In this document: positions 1-12,012 of the stretch, piece after piece
Layout: each line of letters opens with the position of its first letter
Numbering within the stretch: the first letter of the stretch is position 1
DNA from: Schmidtea nova
Taxonomy: Eukaryota
Direction of reading: 5' to 3'
DNA length: 64,000 bases
NCBI GenBank assembly: GCA_044892505.1
Contig: CM097883.1
Location: forward strand, 293,632,001-293,696,000
Notes under the pieces: generated by a model
The model's database searches: none
Told to the model about the DNA's origin: nothing
The model's input: only the letters and a program-made list of their open reading frames with translations
Made by a program: the position numbers and the translations under genes

Positions 1-3000
1 GTTTCCACTATGTTTCAAATTCTCGTGATGTTTTATTAGTTTAATTTTATTCCTTTTAAGCTTACAGATTTTCTCTCTTGCTTTTATGATTTTAACTATT
101 CACAGTGTATTTTTTTATTTTACCTATTCTTAGTGCGCACTTTTTATAATTTATATTCGTTATGAGATTTCCCTCACTTCCTGATTCCAGATAAGAGACA
201 ATCGCGCTAGTCCATTCCAGAATCGTGTGGTGATCAGTCACACGCAAGAATTTTCCAGCATCTGCGATGGTACCCAGCCTCTCATCCTTCATCGAGGATG
301 ATCGGTAATTTCCCAATTATTATATCGTACTATCTTGGTGGTAGCTCAAAAATTCGTTTTACTATTACCTAACAAGCTATTCAACATACATTAAATTGAA
401 AATAATTGGTTCTATTCGAATGATTTGGTTCTTAATTTTACCTTTTTAATTTACCCATCCTTTAGTTTGATTTCTCTACCAGCCTATCTTTATTTGGTTA
501 CCTAGTGGTTTACTATCGTCCATCTTTATTTTGTCTCTACCCCGTTATTTCTGGATTCTGTTTTGAGTTTAACTTATTCATTTTAATTGCCTTTTTACTC
601 GATCTTACTTTTGTTTTCGTTCATCTCGTTTAATTTTTACTATTCGTCTCTGTTCGTAATGTTTATTGTTGTTCGTTTCCCCCTATTCCCCGATCCACTT
701 CATTAAACCTGCTGTCCTTCTCGTCGAATTTATCTTTTAAGTAGGCATGTCATCCGTTTTTGATAGTTTTAATTTCCGGTTAGCGTTTTCTTTTAATACT
801 TTCTGTGTTTATCTCTCCGCGGTTTCCATCAAATGTCGTCCTCGACATAATGTTCGTTTTGTATTTGTTGACGTCATATATGTTATTTGCAATTCGTCTT
901 TGATCTTGACTTTTTCTCGTTTAGTAACGTAGTTCTCGTCCGATAAGTTTTCAATTTGTGTATTTTCTCTGGTTATTTACTAAATTTGGTGCTTTTACTT
1001 TTATTTCTGCTTGGTTCGACTTTTGCTGATCATCCTTTCTGTTACTAACTTGGATTATCTTTTAATTACCTCTTGATTCACTACTAACTTCCTTAAAATT
1101 CTCATATCCTTCGCAAACAAACGCCTTTATCCATTTACATTAGTTGTTTTACATCTCCTTTACTTTTGTCTTCATAGCGGTTATTTCTTTCGTTTTATTC
1201 AATTATGCTTCCTTTCCCACCTTTCTCTATTCAAACGTTCCTCTATGCGAATTTTCCAACAGATTCTAAGCGCTTATCCTTTATTCCCTGTCATTTTACT
1301 ATCTGTTCATGATATTTCTCACTAAAGCCAGATCAAAACATAATACTTTGCACTAATTGTATTACATTTGTTGATTTCGACATAGTTTCTGTAAAGACGC
1401 TGTATTTCTTTTTCCCCTATTTGCTCTTGCAACTATTAAATTTGATTTATTCCTTGTTTTTCGTTTCATTATGGCTTTGGACGTTAATCGTTGCCTTTTC
1501 GCTTAAATTTTCTGCGGTGCTATTCATTGTAACAAGTGAGTATTTTCCATTTTCGGGCATTTTTCATTGTTAGTCAATGCATATTTTCACGTTTGACGTT
1601 AATTACTACAATATTTCTTATATTTCCGATTTTGGTATTATTCACTGTACTGCAATACATACTTTTAATTTTGATGTTGTTCACTGAAATATTGAATATA
1701 CTTTCGCCTTTGATGTTATTCACTGATATGTCACATATCTTTTCGATTTCGATGTCATTCATTGACACGCAATACACATTTTCGTCTTTGGTGTTATTTG
1801 TTGAAACTCCTGATTAAATTTCGATGTTTTGGTTGATATACAATCCTTTTCCAACTTTTAATGTTCATCACTGAAATATGTTCGTTCTCATTACTTTCGA
1901 TGCAGTACAATTTAGTTTCGTCAGGTTTGATGTTATTCATTGAAACACAACATATTCTTTTCGATTTTGATGTTATTCATTGAAACACAACATATTCTTT
2001 TCGATTTTAATAATATTCATTGAATTACGACACCTTTCCCCGCTTTTGTATGCATTCACCTATTTGCAATTTATTTCGCCGGTGTTGATGTTATTTACTG
2101 AAATGCAGATTATTTTATCACTATTGTTCTTATTCATTGAAATACAACTTGTTTTTACGCCATTTCTCTTATTCATTGAAATACAACTTATTTTAACACT
2201 ATTGCTCTTATTCAGCGAAATACAACTGTTTTTAACGCTATTGATTTTATCCCTTGATCTATAACTTATTTTCACACTATTGATGCTATTCACTGCAACG
2301 TAACTTATTTTAACGCTGTTGATCTTATTCACTGAAATATGATTTTTTTTCTACGCTATTGATGTGGTTTGTTGAAGTATAACATATTTTTACGTTATTG
2401 GTGTTATTTACTGAAATACCACTTAATTTAACTTAATTGTTATGATTTACTGAAAACTACTTATCTCAACACTATTGATGTTATTGAGTGCAACACAGCT
2501 TATTACATCTGCTTTGATGTTGTTAACTGCCGTTCGACATATTTTACCTATTTTGATGTTATTTATTTTCACATTACACATTTAACCTATTTTTATGTAA
2601 TTTATTGTCATATAACACATTTTATCCATTTTGATGTTATCCACCGTCCTATAACCTATTTTATCTATAGTGATCTTAATCATTGTACAACGACTTATTT
2701 TACAGAATTTTCTGTTCTTCACTGTAATCTAACTCCTACCATCCGTTTTTAGGTGTAATTTAATGTCTGCTTGTTATACTATTAATTTAGGTGCTATTCA
2801 CTGTAATACGAATCATCCTACTAAATTCAACGACATTCATACCATACAGCTCTTAATATTCGTTTTGTACTGTAATTTACTGCTAACTTATTCAACTATC
2901 AATCTGAATGCTATTCATTTTCCTTACAATGTTATCACTTGCCTAGTCACTCCCCATCAACTATTGCTTCACTATCCTTAATACAATCAATTTAATCTCG

Positions 3001-3191
3001 CGGGTGTACGCACTCTTTTTCATTTTATTTTTATTTTTACCCATAAAAATCGCTATCAATTCCGGCTAATTATGCACGACAAAACTCTTTCTTTATGTTT
3101 GTTTTTCACTTTCCCCATAAAACTACTTTCAAATCCCGGCTGAGCTCTCTGTTATTATTGAATTCGCTTTTTCTTACAACAATCAGTTTAT
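1..3191 (-). mobile_element. Degraded 5' internal region of LTR retrotransposon A (runs off the window start)
   Basis: Lies directly downstream (minus strand) of an LTR and a tRNA-Pro-like PBS. Minus-strand frames are coding-like but full of stops; a YDIIIG motif near 315-330 resembles an aspartic-protease C-terminal motif. Confidence 0.6.
1600..2930 (-). repeat. Degenerate 39-bp tandem repeat (13-codon unit, about ISVNNINSVKISC on the minus strand)
   Basis: Unit tgatgttattcactgaaatacaacttattttaacactat recurs roughly 30 times. ORFs 1574-1777 and 2060-2332 show the 13-aa periodicity. Confidence 0.85.
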
Positions 3192-3209
3192 ATCCCGGCT
3201 GAGCCCCCA
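3192..3209 (-). promoter_or_regulatory. Primer binding site, tRNA-Pro-like (TGGGGGCTCAGCCGGGAT)
   Basis: 16/18 match to the classical tRNA-Pro PBS TGGGGGCTCGTCCGGGAT, 6 nt from the LTR end at 3216. Confidence 0.85.
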
Positions 3210-3215
3210 AATTTA

Positions 3216-4629
3216 TGCTGGGTTTATGGGTGGGTTTTAAATAATTAATAATAAATAAATAATAAATAATTAAACAAATAATGATAAATAAGTATACTAG
3301 GGATTCCGCACCCATAACCATACATAAAATGACTACTACACGCGTATGCCCTTGACTATTCCCTACTAGTCAAGTTGGTACTGCATACGGTGGTGGAAAA
3401 ATGATGGGCAGGTGAGCTCCGTTACCGAAACTACTCCCCATTTATTCTCCCCTCGGATTCGCGCTGCCGATAGAAGGTCTTACGCTTGATTCTTTATACC
3501 GGTCGACTTAAATTTCGCTCGATCTCTAGCTCTCAATTTAATAACCATATCCTACGTGACTTGGTGATTGACCACAACTAACTACCTAGATGTATTCGTA
3601 ACTAATACAACATTTGGTGTACATTCGTACTTCGAACATTCCGTGTGCATTCCCCGCCTTTACAAATTATTTACTATTCCAGTTTTATTAAATTAGTCAC
3701 TCACCATGACGTGGAACTACTGAGCTCCACAGCCACGGATTCACCCTCGTGGATTGCACCACAGAGGGACGCCCCTATTTAGATTTTAATCGGGAATCCC
3801 TTAAGCAAAGATTTAGCCTCAAAACTTTATTGTGACCACTGAACAACAATTGACCCAACACATATCACCAAAATAACAAAAATACCCGCTCAAATTTGAT
3901 CCACACGACTGGCGAAATCAAAACCAAAATTTTGCTCTCAGTAAATTAATGCCAAGTAAGTTTAGATTGTGATTTTTCAACATCTATTTATACTAATTTC
4001 ACTGACGCTTACATATTTTGTTGTTTACATAATTTATTAATGATTTAAACTTACTTATTAGTTTTAATAAGTGAGCATTTGTTTATATTTCATAAATTTA
4101 ACTTTATTATTTGATTTATTTATTTTCGAAAATATTTGTTTTTAATTATATTAAATTAGGTGTGTATCTATTGTTTTATCGTGCATTTATTGATTAAAAC
4201 AATTTGATTTTAAATCTATTTACATTCCTATCTCCGTTAATTTTGCGATATTTCAATGGGGATTTATTCTATAATTTTTAATAAATTATTTTCTTTATTC
4301 TGATACCGATTTTATTCTTTGATCATGCTTTTCATAATCACTTTACAAGCACTGATCTTCCCCATTCAATTCTCGTGCGATCCTTCGTGTGTAAATCCGA
4401 CCTGCACTCAAATTGTGTGCTCTCTTTTGAGATGCCTCTTTTTTATCGCTTCAACCCTATCTTGACCGACTTAAAGGATGTGGTTCGTATGACTACTATT
4501 GTAGTTAACTGTTTTTATTTTCCCTTGCGTTATTTTACTGCTTAACGTCTTGTCGTGCGTTTCTCTTTGTATGTATTTAATTTTTAATAAATTTTAATAA
4601 AATTTATTTTTGATTTCACCAGCCCAACA
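3216..4629 (-). mobile_element. 5' LTR of element A (~1.4 kb; TGCTGGG...CCCAACA on +)
   Basis: TG...CA ends with a short inverted repeat and an adjacent PBS. Homologous along most of its length to the solo LTR at 57485-58813. Confidence 0.85.
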
Positions 4630-4638
4630 TTATATATA

Positions 4639-5505
4639 CACCTAATCCTTTTTTTACGCGATTGTTGGTTCCGCCACTGAACGCGTAAAAACAACCTTTA
4701 CTCTCATACAAATTAATTAATTGATTCCAATTACAAGAAAAATCGCGTACAAGAAAATATGCGCGTAAAAAAAATAAAAAACAATACATAGTTTTAAAAT
4801 TCAAATTTATTACTTATTTATATAACAAAAAACATGCATAAAATACATAAAAAAACAAAAATAAAACAATACGAAAAAAATACGAAACCAAAAATAGACA
4901 AATTATTGAATCCCGTGTTTGTTGGTTAATCACTGCTACTATCTGAAGTGGAAATTATTCTTAGCCGTTTATTGTAATGGTTTATTGATATCGCTAGAAT
5001 TTGAATAAAAATCAATAACAAGTTCAAATTGAGGCATTGATTGAGTCGGCACCTGTTCCTGAGTTTTAACCATATATTCAGTTAATGTCGTTTGCATATT
5101 TCTTTTTTTTTAAATTATAGCTTATAAAATTCCCTATATCCTATAGAAGAACAAACATTTGATTTACTTAAATAACGGTAAAATAATTACTACAAGTGGT
5201 CAGGCAAAAAATATTTAATAGTCAGATGACGTCACATTGTGTGAAAGAGATAAAACATACATGCCAATATATTACCTTAATATATGTTTATCATGGCTAA
5301 ACTTATTGTAAAAGTATGCTTGCCGGAAAATACGCATTTCAATGCCTACTATGCAAATAAATTTTGAAACGATTTTTTCAAAAATAAATTTAAAAAAATC
5401 GTCTTAAAGTGAGTAAATTCGCGTAAAAAAATAACTCGTGCGGCAAAAAAACGCGTTAAACTGAATTCGCGTAAAAAGAGATCGCGTAAAAAAAAGGATT
5501 AGGTG
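4639..5505. mobile_element. Tc1/mariner-type MITE (867 bp)
   Basis: ~24-bp TIR CACCTAATCCTTTTTTTACGCGAT with one homopolymer indel, TA on both sides (4637-38, 5506-07), subterminal CGCGTAAAA repeats, no coding capacity. Confidence 0.85.
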
Positions 5506-5507
5506 TA

Positions 5508-6165
5508 TTGAGAGCTTGTCAGAGATATCAGGAGTACAGAAAAAAAGAAGTCGGAATAACAAAAAATGAAAAGCAAGGCATATCTCGACAGCTGTCAGAG
5601 ATAAGGCAGGAACTGTGAAAGAATGCGAAAAGCAAAAATAGAAAAACAAAATTATCTCAAATACCACAAAATTTGAAGAACTTTGAAAGCGGAAGACACA
5701 CTAGTGAAAGAAATAATTTTATTAGAGAAGTTTATTAGGAGAGTTCGGCAGACGTTTATGAGAGAAGTCTATATGGGAAGTATGGTAGACGTTTATGAGA
5801 GAAGTTTATTTGGGAATTACGGCAGAAGTTTATGAGAAAAATTTATTGAAAAAGTTTTTGAGCCATATTTAAAGTTAGAGCATGAAAACAATTAGTTGTT
5901 TATTCATTGTTGAATCTAAATTGGTAACTTGGTGATTGTTAGACGAGATATTGTACACGAGAGCTATTCTTCACAGTGTCGTAATAAGCACTGTATAGTT
6001 ATCTTATTTTTGTGATTGGTTGTACCAGTGTAATTATGAAACCAGCTGTGATATTAATAAAGATTCATGTTGTTAATCGTTATTTTATTGATCAATAAAG
6101 CACGCTTTGGAGTCAAAGAATTAATTCGTAAAATTCAATTTCACCAACAACCCAATAACAGAACA
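5508..6165 (+). mobile_element. Partial/solo LTR related to the LTR of the 16.4-kb element
   Basis: 5950-6165 aligns with the reverse complement of 36587-36800 (gctattcttcac..agtgtcgtaataagcactgta, gcacg.tttggagtca, tcaccaac.acccaataac..aaca) and ends in ...AACA. The 5' end is not clear. Confidence 0.75.
5724..5850. repeat. ~37-bp tandem repeat (~3.5 copies) inside the partial LTR
   Basis: Unit gagagaagtttattaggagagttcggcagacgtttat with variants. Confidence 0.8.
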
Positions 6166-6189
6166 TTTTTATTTGTTATTTAAATAAAA

Positions 6190-6320
6190 TTATTTCTTTT
6201 TAATATCAATTATTTCCAAAAGATATTACTATAGATGATTTTTTTTGGTTTTTAAGTACATAATATTTGGGCACAGCCTTTATCAAGTGTAAAATGCACA
6301 CATGATAAAGGCTGGGCCAT
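6190..6320. repeat. Dispersed repeat fragment ending in a 15-bp-stem hairpin (related copies ~27430-27480 and ~30100-30200)
   Basis: gcacagcctttatca...tgataaaggctgggc forms an inverted repeat; the flanking motifs atatcaat..tt and actatagat recur at the other loci. Confidence 0.5.
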
Positions 6321-6790
6321 TATGGAAATTATTGAGATCAAAGGTGAAACAAAAAGATAATTATGATATTTTAAAATAAATTATTTTTCTATTATTGCTG
6401 TAAATATTTATAAATTGCACACAAGACCTTAATTACACACATACACACAAATTTAGCAATCACTCCAGCTGTCTTGATACAAGATTTTAAGAGATTGATA
6501 AGCTCAACAATTTCCTTTTATACGCTTACTATAAAAAATAATTTTCCAATTATTCTATCTTTCATTCTAATAAATATGTAATAATTAAATAAATAATTAT
6601 ATCTACTGACTTAAAATAAGTAAAATAAATACAAAATTATTAGTTGACAAAGAAACTGCTATTGAATATTGAGAAAACAATTTTATTTCAATTAATGGGA
6701 TTTCCTTAATGGGTGCTTGCTATCGCATAGGGCAATGAAATTAATAAATTTATTACTATAGTTTTGGGATCTGTTATGAATATAAGTTTT

Positions 6791-7463
6791 GGCGACGCTC
6801 TGATATGGGTCACCCGATTTTCAAAAAAATAATTAATTAAATTTAAATTAAAATCTAATTATGTGTATAATTATGTGTATAATTATATTTGTAATAATTA
6901 TATTTGTATAATTATATTTGTATAATTATATAATTATATTTATAATTATATTTGTATAATTATATTTGTATAATTATATAATTAATTATTTAAATAATTA
7001 TTTAATTAATTATTTAAATAATTATTTAAATAATTATTTAATTAATTATTTAATTATTATTTAATTATTTTTTATTTAATTATTTAATTATTTAATTATT
7101 ATTTAATTATTTAATTATTTTTTTTTAATTATTTAATTATTTTTTTTTATTTTTTAATTTAATTATCTAATTATCTAATTATTTATTTAATTATTTATTT
7201 AATTATTTATTTAATTTAATTTAATTAATTATTTAATTAATTAATTAATTATTTAATTATTATTTTTTTTATTTAATTAATTTTTTATTTAATTTTTTTT
7301 TATTTAATTATTTAATTATTAATTAATTAATAATTATATTTGTATAATTATATTTGTATAATTATATTTGTAATTTGGTTATGTTTTAATTTTGGTTTCA
7401 TTTTAATTTAAATTTAATTAATTATTTTTTTGAAAATTGGGTGACCCATATCAGAGCGTCGCC
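6791..7463. mobile_element. MITE with 64-bp TIRs and 8-bp TSD, Merlin-like; interior is an AT satellite
   Basis: TIR GGCGACGCTCTGATATGGGTCACCC... (1 mismatch in 64 bp), TSD TAAGTTTT at 6783-6790 and 7464-7471. GG termini with an 8-bp TSD fit Merlin/IS1016; hAT or P is not excluded. Confidence 0.8.
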
Positions 7464-7643
7464 TAAGTTTTTATCCTCGATTGCTTGTGCAAATATAAAA
7501 TGAAATGTATTTATCAGTGAATTATTGAAGTTATAATTGTAGTTTGAATAAGTTAGTGTAAAATATTTATTACTTATTTGTCATGCACAAACATTTTTCA
7601 TGTACCTAGTACTTAGTAAATTCAATATAATGTGACGGTTATT

Positions 7644-7658
7644 GGGCGGGCTTTATAA
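7644..7658 (+). promoter_or_regulatory. GC box (GGGCGG) plus TATA-like TTTATAA upstream of the 178-aa ORF
   Basis: gggcgggctttataa in otherwise very AT-rich DNA, ~115 bp before the ATG. Confidence 0.4.
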
Positions 7659-7773
7659 CTGGCAAGTTATAATTGTCTCAAAAAATTATATTTATTAATA
7701 ATTAATTCTTAATTGTAAAATTAATATTTGATTATTTGATAATTATATTAAAAAATCCATTTTCAAATTATCA

Positions 7774-8310
7774 ATGGCAATGCAATCAAGTTCAGTTCAA
7801 CAAACAACGAGTCAAGTATTAATGTTTATCAAACAAGTCGTCGTGGGCATGAATAATGGAGAGTCAAATGCGACAGATGCAATTGAGCAGCTTCTTCAAT
7901 CATGCCTTAAACTATTAGGTTTCTGGAAAACAAATCTATCTTCGTCATTTTCGATCAAGGAAGCCGATAATCTAGCCTCTGCTTTAATAGGTTTGGAAAC
8001 CATGGACTCTTTGACAATGTTCTATGTCTCAGTAATCATAGATCAATTAAGACTAATTTTACAAGGGTTTCAAGACTTAGAAAATACAAAGAGGTTTTTT
8101 GAAGAATTGGTTTTAACACCTCAATATCAAACAGACGATTGGGGGTTAATCGCATTTCATGTTGACTCAATGAGAAAGACGTCAAAAGACTCTGAAAAAT
8201 CATCTGCGGTAAATTCAAGATCAACTGTAAACGCTAAAAAGAAAAGTAAATCCGAGAACAATGATACATCACAAACAGCAGCAAAAGTTTCCAAGCGTGG
8301 AAGTGAGTAA
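7774..8310 (+). CDS. Orphan 178-aa protein (helical N-terminal part, basic Ser/Lys-rich C-tail); may be a first exon
   Basis: Uninterrupted ORF with an ATGG start, higher GC than its flanks, AATAAA at 8435-8440, and a GTGAGT donor-like site at 8303-8308. No family recognised. Confidence 0.55.
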   Translation: MAMQSSSVQQTTSQVLMFIKQVVVGMNNGESNATDAIEQLLQSCLKLLGFWKTNLSSSFSIKEADNLASALIGLETMDSLTMFYVSVIIDQLRLILQGFQDLENTKRFFEELVLTPQYQTDDWGLIAFHVDSMRKTSKDSEKSSAVNSRSTVNAKKKSKSENNDTSQTAAKVSKRGSE

Positions 8311-8506
8311 TTGCATCATTCCGTAGGATTTTAGCAAATGGAAAAAGTTGAAAAGAAAATAAATTAATATTAATTGGAATTATTTTGATAATTTTATGTA
8401 ATAATTTTATTTATTTAGATTTTAATCTGTTAAGAATAAAATTTGTAATTTAATTGTTAATAAATTACTTTTTATTTTTTATATTATTATTTTTTATAAA
8501 TTACTT

Positions 8507-8512
<6 letters not shown>

Positions 8513-8554
<42 letters not shown>
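8513..8554. repeat. (TA)n microsatellite
   Basis: Pure TA run. Confidence 0.95.
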
Positions 8555-8559
<5 letters not shown>

Positions 8560-9073
8560 TTATTTAATTTCAATTATTATTTTTAATCCAAATAAATTTT
8601 TATCATGTATTAAATGTGTTTGACTAGATCAATTATAACAATAAAACACGTAATTTTAATTCTATTTTTCAAGTAATTCAAGCAAATTTAACTTTACGAA
8701 TTATTTATAAATTTAAATTATAATTTATACTAGAGAATTAATATACAATTTTAATAATTTCTATTAAAAATGATAACAAATTAAGAAATCAGGATTTAAA
8801 TGTTCACTAATGTTTTCGAAACTAGGTATTAACGCATTACTCCTCGTGCTCTTTATTTAAAATTAATCAAATTTTAAATTAATCAAATTAATCAAAATTT
8901 ACACTTGTCGATAACACTTCGTTTGCTCTCTCGTTGCGCTAGGGTGGAAATCCCAATGGAAAATGTCCATTTTTTTAGATTAAAATTAATGATGGTACTA
9001 CACTTTTTTCGGTTCCTAACCTTTGTTCACTTCGAACATTTTTTAATATTCTTCAACTAATTGACGATAATAA

Positions 9074-9240
9074 TGTTGGTGTTCGTGGAATTTTTATTTT
9101 TAGCTTCGACTGCATCCATGGGAATTTTCCTAACTTCACGATGGAACTGTGCACATCAACTTAGATCGAACAGGTGAACTGCTCTGATTGCGACTACTCC
9201 CTGTTCATACCTACTCGGGTTCTGACCGTTAGAAGGTCTT
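9074..9240 (-). mobile_element. Diverged LTR fragment carrying the conserved CAGGTGA...ACTACTCC...TAGAAGG motif
   Basis: Starts TGTTGG; motif at 9171-9236 matches copies at 3409, 34971 and 57637. Confidence 0.5.
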
Positions 9241-9603
9241 TATTCTCCTTGTACTGCATCTCGGTCAGTTCTTATACATATGTATACACCTAGGTCGCAT
9301 CTTTCTCTTTTTCAAAACTTCTGTCAAAACAACACAACTTCATTTTAATACATATATTAAAACTACAAATTTTCTTTTGGTTTATAGCGGAATACTCTCC
9401 GCAATCAGGTCCAGTTCTGTCAGTCCACTCAAATGATTTATTTGGGCAGCAAATAGTTGCGCGAGCGCTTTATTTGCCGTTTTCTCTAGAATCCGATTTG
9501 CTTTCTTTTGAAGATTGAGACTGGGATATCCTTACTCTTTGCTTGACAAATCGGAACGAAAACGGTTCTCATCGGTAATTCTGACTAATCAGTTCCTACA
9601 GAA

Positions 9604-9990
9604 TGTTGGGTGGTTGCTCTATCAGTTCAATATTGATAGGTGAAGGGCAGGATACATGATCGTAGCTCGGTTTTAATGAATGATTGTGCCACCTTGCTGA
9701 GACAGTTCTTTAATTCGGTCTTAAGAGTATTTAATTCTAGCTGGACCTTCGCCGTCACACACTTACCTAGTCAAATTACCAAGTCAAAGCAAGAGAACAG
9801 CCAGATTGATTTGGCAATTGTTGAATCCAAGTCAGAAGTCAGTGATCGTTAAATTTTAAGTATTATAAACTAGTGTAATACTTCATGAAGTGTCGCAATA
9901 AGCACTGTATAAGAACTGAAAGCACCTGTGGTGATATTAAATTGATCGTGTCGTTGCAATCTGTAAAGCCATTTGTGATAATCAATATAC
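9604..9990 (+). mobile_element. LTR fragment related to the U5 part of the 16.4-kb element LTR
   Basis: Starts TGTTGGGTGG; contains agtgtcgcaataagcactgta and an exact atttgtgataatcaata shared with that LTR. Confidence 0.55.
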
Positions 9991-10149
9991 TAATAATAAT
10001 ATACTTCAAAATTTAGATTAATTTTATTTTTTTGGTAAAATTTTGCATTTTTTTTACAAAAAATATCTTACATATTGTTGGGAAAAAACTAAGCCCCATT
10101 AATTTGAAAGCGAGCGTGGACATAGCACGTAGAGACTGCAAGAGAAGTG

Positions 10150-11932
10150 TAATCAAATTTTTAAGCAAACACCAAATAAACAAAAATAATCAGAAACAAA
10201 TAAGAAAAAAATTAATTAAAACAAAATTAAAATCTAAATTGAACAAGTGCAAAATTAACCACGAAAAAACACAAACATAACTAATTAACAAAATTTTCAT
10301 TAAAAAATTAGGTAAATATAAAAAATTAGAAAATTTTATAATTAATTATCTTATTTTTGACAGTATAAATATAAAAATGTAATAGTAAATTGTGAAAATT
10401 AAAGTAGTTAACATTTATGTAAAAATATAAAATTTTGATAAAAATAAAATTTATTAACCCTATCCTATCTTCTTTACTTTATGTGTCCCGCCCGTTCCAA
10501 TCCTAATAAAATTTCAAAAAAATTCAAAAAAATTTTTTTTTCTGTCGTCATCGTCTTCTTCTTCACTAGAATTATCGTCATAATCGACAGTGCATTGGAA
10601 ATAAATATAAACTTATTTTAAAATATTTCTTTTTTAAATTAAATTTAATTAAACAGAAAGAACATTCTAAAAAACTTTGTTTTAGTGCATCAATTTAGAT
10701 AAATGCTCTGAAAATGGTATAAATGGTATTTGAAAAACTTTCATGAAAAATTGAGGTTCTTTCTGGAAATTTTGAGAATACCTTATTTCAGAAGAAAGAA
10801 AACTCTTCACAGTTAGAAATCAGAATATTTGAGGCGCATCAATTCCCAAATCTTTGGAGAGACAGTATCATTCCACGCATAGAAAGTATGTCTGTTTGAT
10901 ACTTTGCTCGTCCTGTTTAATTCTATTAGACATCGCTCCATGTCCGGGTTGCCTTTTTTAATTTTCTTGACTTTCTGAGTCGCTAACTCGATGTGGTATC
11001 CCAGCTTGTTGTCATGCAGTCTACAGTGTGTACTCATGAATTCGCAAAAGATTCTCCCGAACTATCTAATCCCATGCTGTTAATGCGACTTCGAAGTCTA
11101 GCCTTATACTCAAGTAAAATAGAGAGAATGACTGGAGGTTCATCTGCAATGTTTTTATATTAAAGATTTTGTTTTCCTTAAAGAATTATATTCTTTGTTT
11201 AAAATATATGCTCCTTTAAATATCCAAAACAGGCATGAAATATTAGTTATCCACGATGAAAAGATGAAATGGGAGTTTTGTGATATAACGAAGAATGCAC
11301 AATAAGTGAAATCTAAGATCTGAAATCACAAAAATTTTGATATTTCTTTGTGAATATTTTGTTTGGTAAAATTACTAAGAATCCAACGATTCAACCTTCA
11401 CATTAGTAAAGAAACGAAACTTAAAGAGATGAAATTTCGTTTTATTTAATTTAATAAATCAAAAATGTCATAATAAATAAGACAAAAAACCAAGTTCAAT
11501 ACATGTTTTTGAAATGAAGTTTATAAATGTAGCATGATATAGAAATCCTTCAACAATGAAAAATCCAACGATCTGTGAGAGAGGCTGGAAAAGATATAAA
11601 TCCAAACATACGATCATTATGTTCCCGATATAACAATAATCTTCTATTCAGATAATGAAATTATGAATCTGTAGACATAATGTAGTTTGGTTTCTCGGAA
11701 AAAAACAATAGTGTAATGATTAGAAAGTTTAAGCAAGATTTAAGAAGTGTTAAAGCGTTAATGTGAAAGAGGCCGAAACATCGAAGTGAGCACATATCTT
11801 CTATCAATAGCACTTGAACCCATAGAAATTACTCGATCAATTATAGTTCTGGTAACAATGCTCACATTTTGTGAGCATTTTGCCCAATAGTTACATTACC
11901 AACGTTGCTTGCAGTGGGTAACTACTGGTTAA
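10150..11932. repeat. Unclassified dispersed repeat, copy A (continues at 15128-15190 after the Gypsy insertion)
   Basis: Homologous to 33240-34811 and 54705-54990; includes a decayed minus-strand coding segment (10813-11110). Confidence 0.65.
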
Positions 11933-12012
11933 TGTCATAATATTATGTTGTTTAAATATTCACAATATTAAATATAATATTTTAGAAACACGCTTTTCGA
12001 CTTTACAACAAT

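Noticed and set aside
3192-3209. tRNA genes at the PBS sites (also 51948-51965)
   Set aside because: Only 18-nt complements of tRNA 3' ends, with no cloverleaf or A/B boxes.
5724-5850. 37-bp repeats as a CRISPR array (likewise the 39-bp array at 1600-2930)
   Set aside because: Head-to-tail degenerate tandem units with no unique spacers, eukaryotic context and no cas genes.
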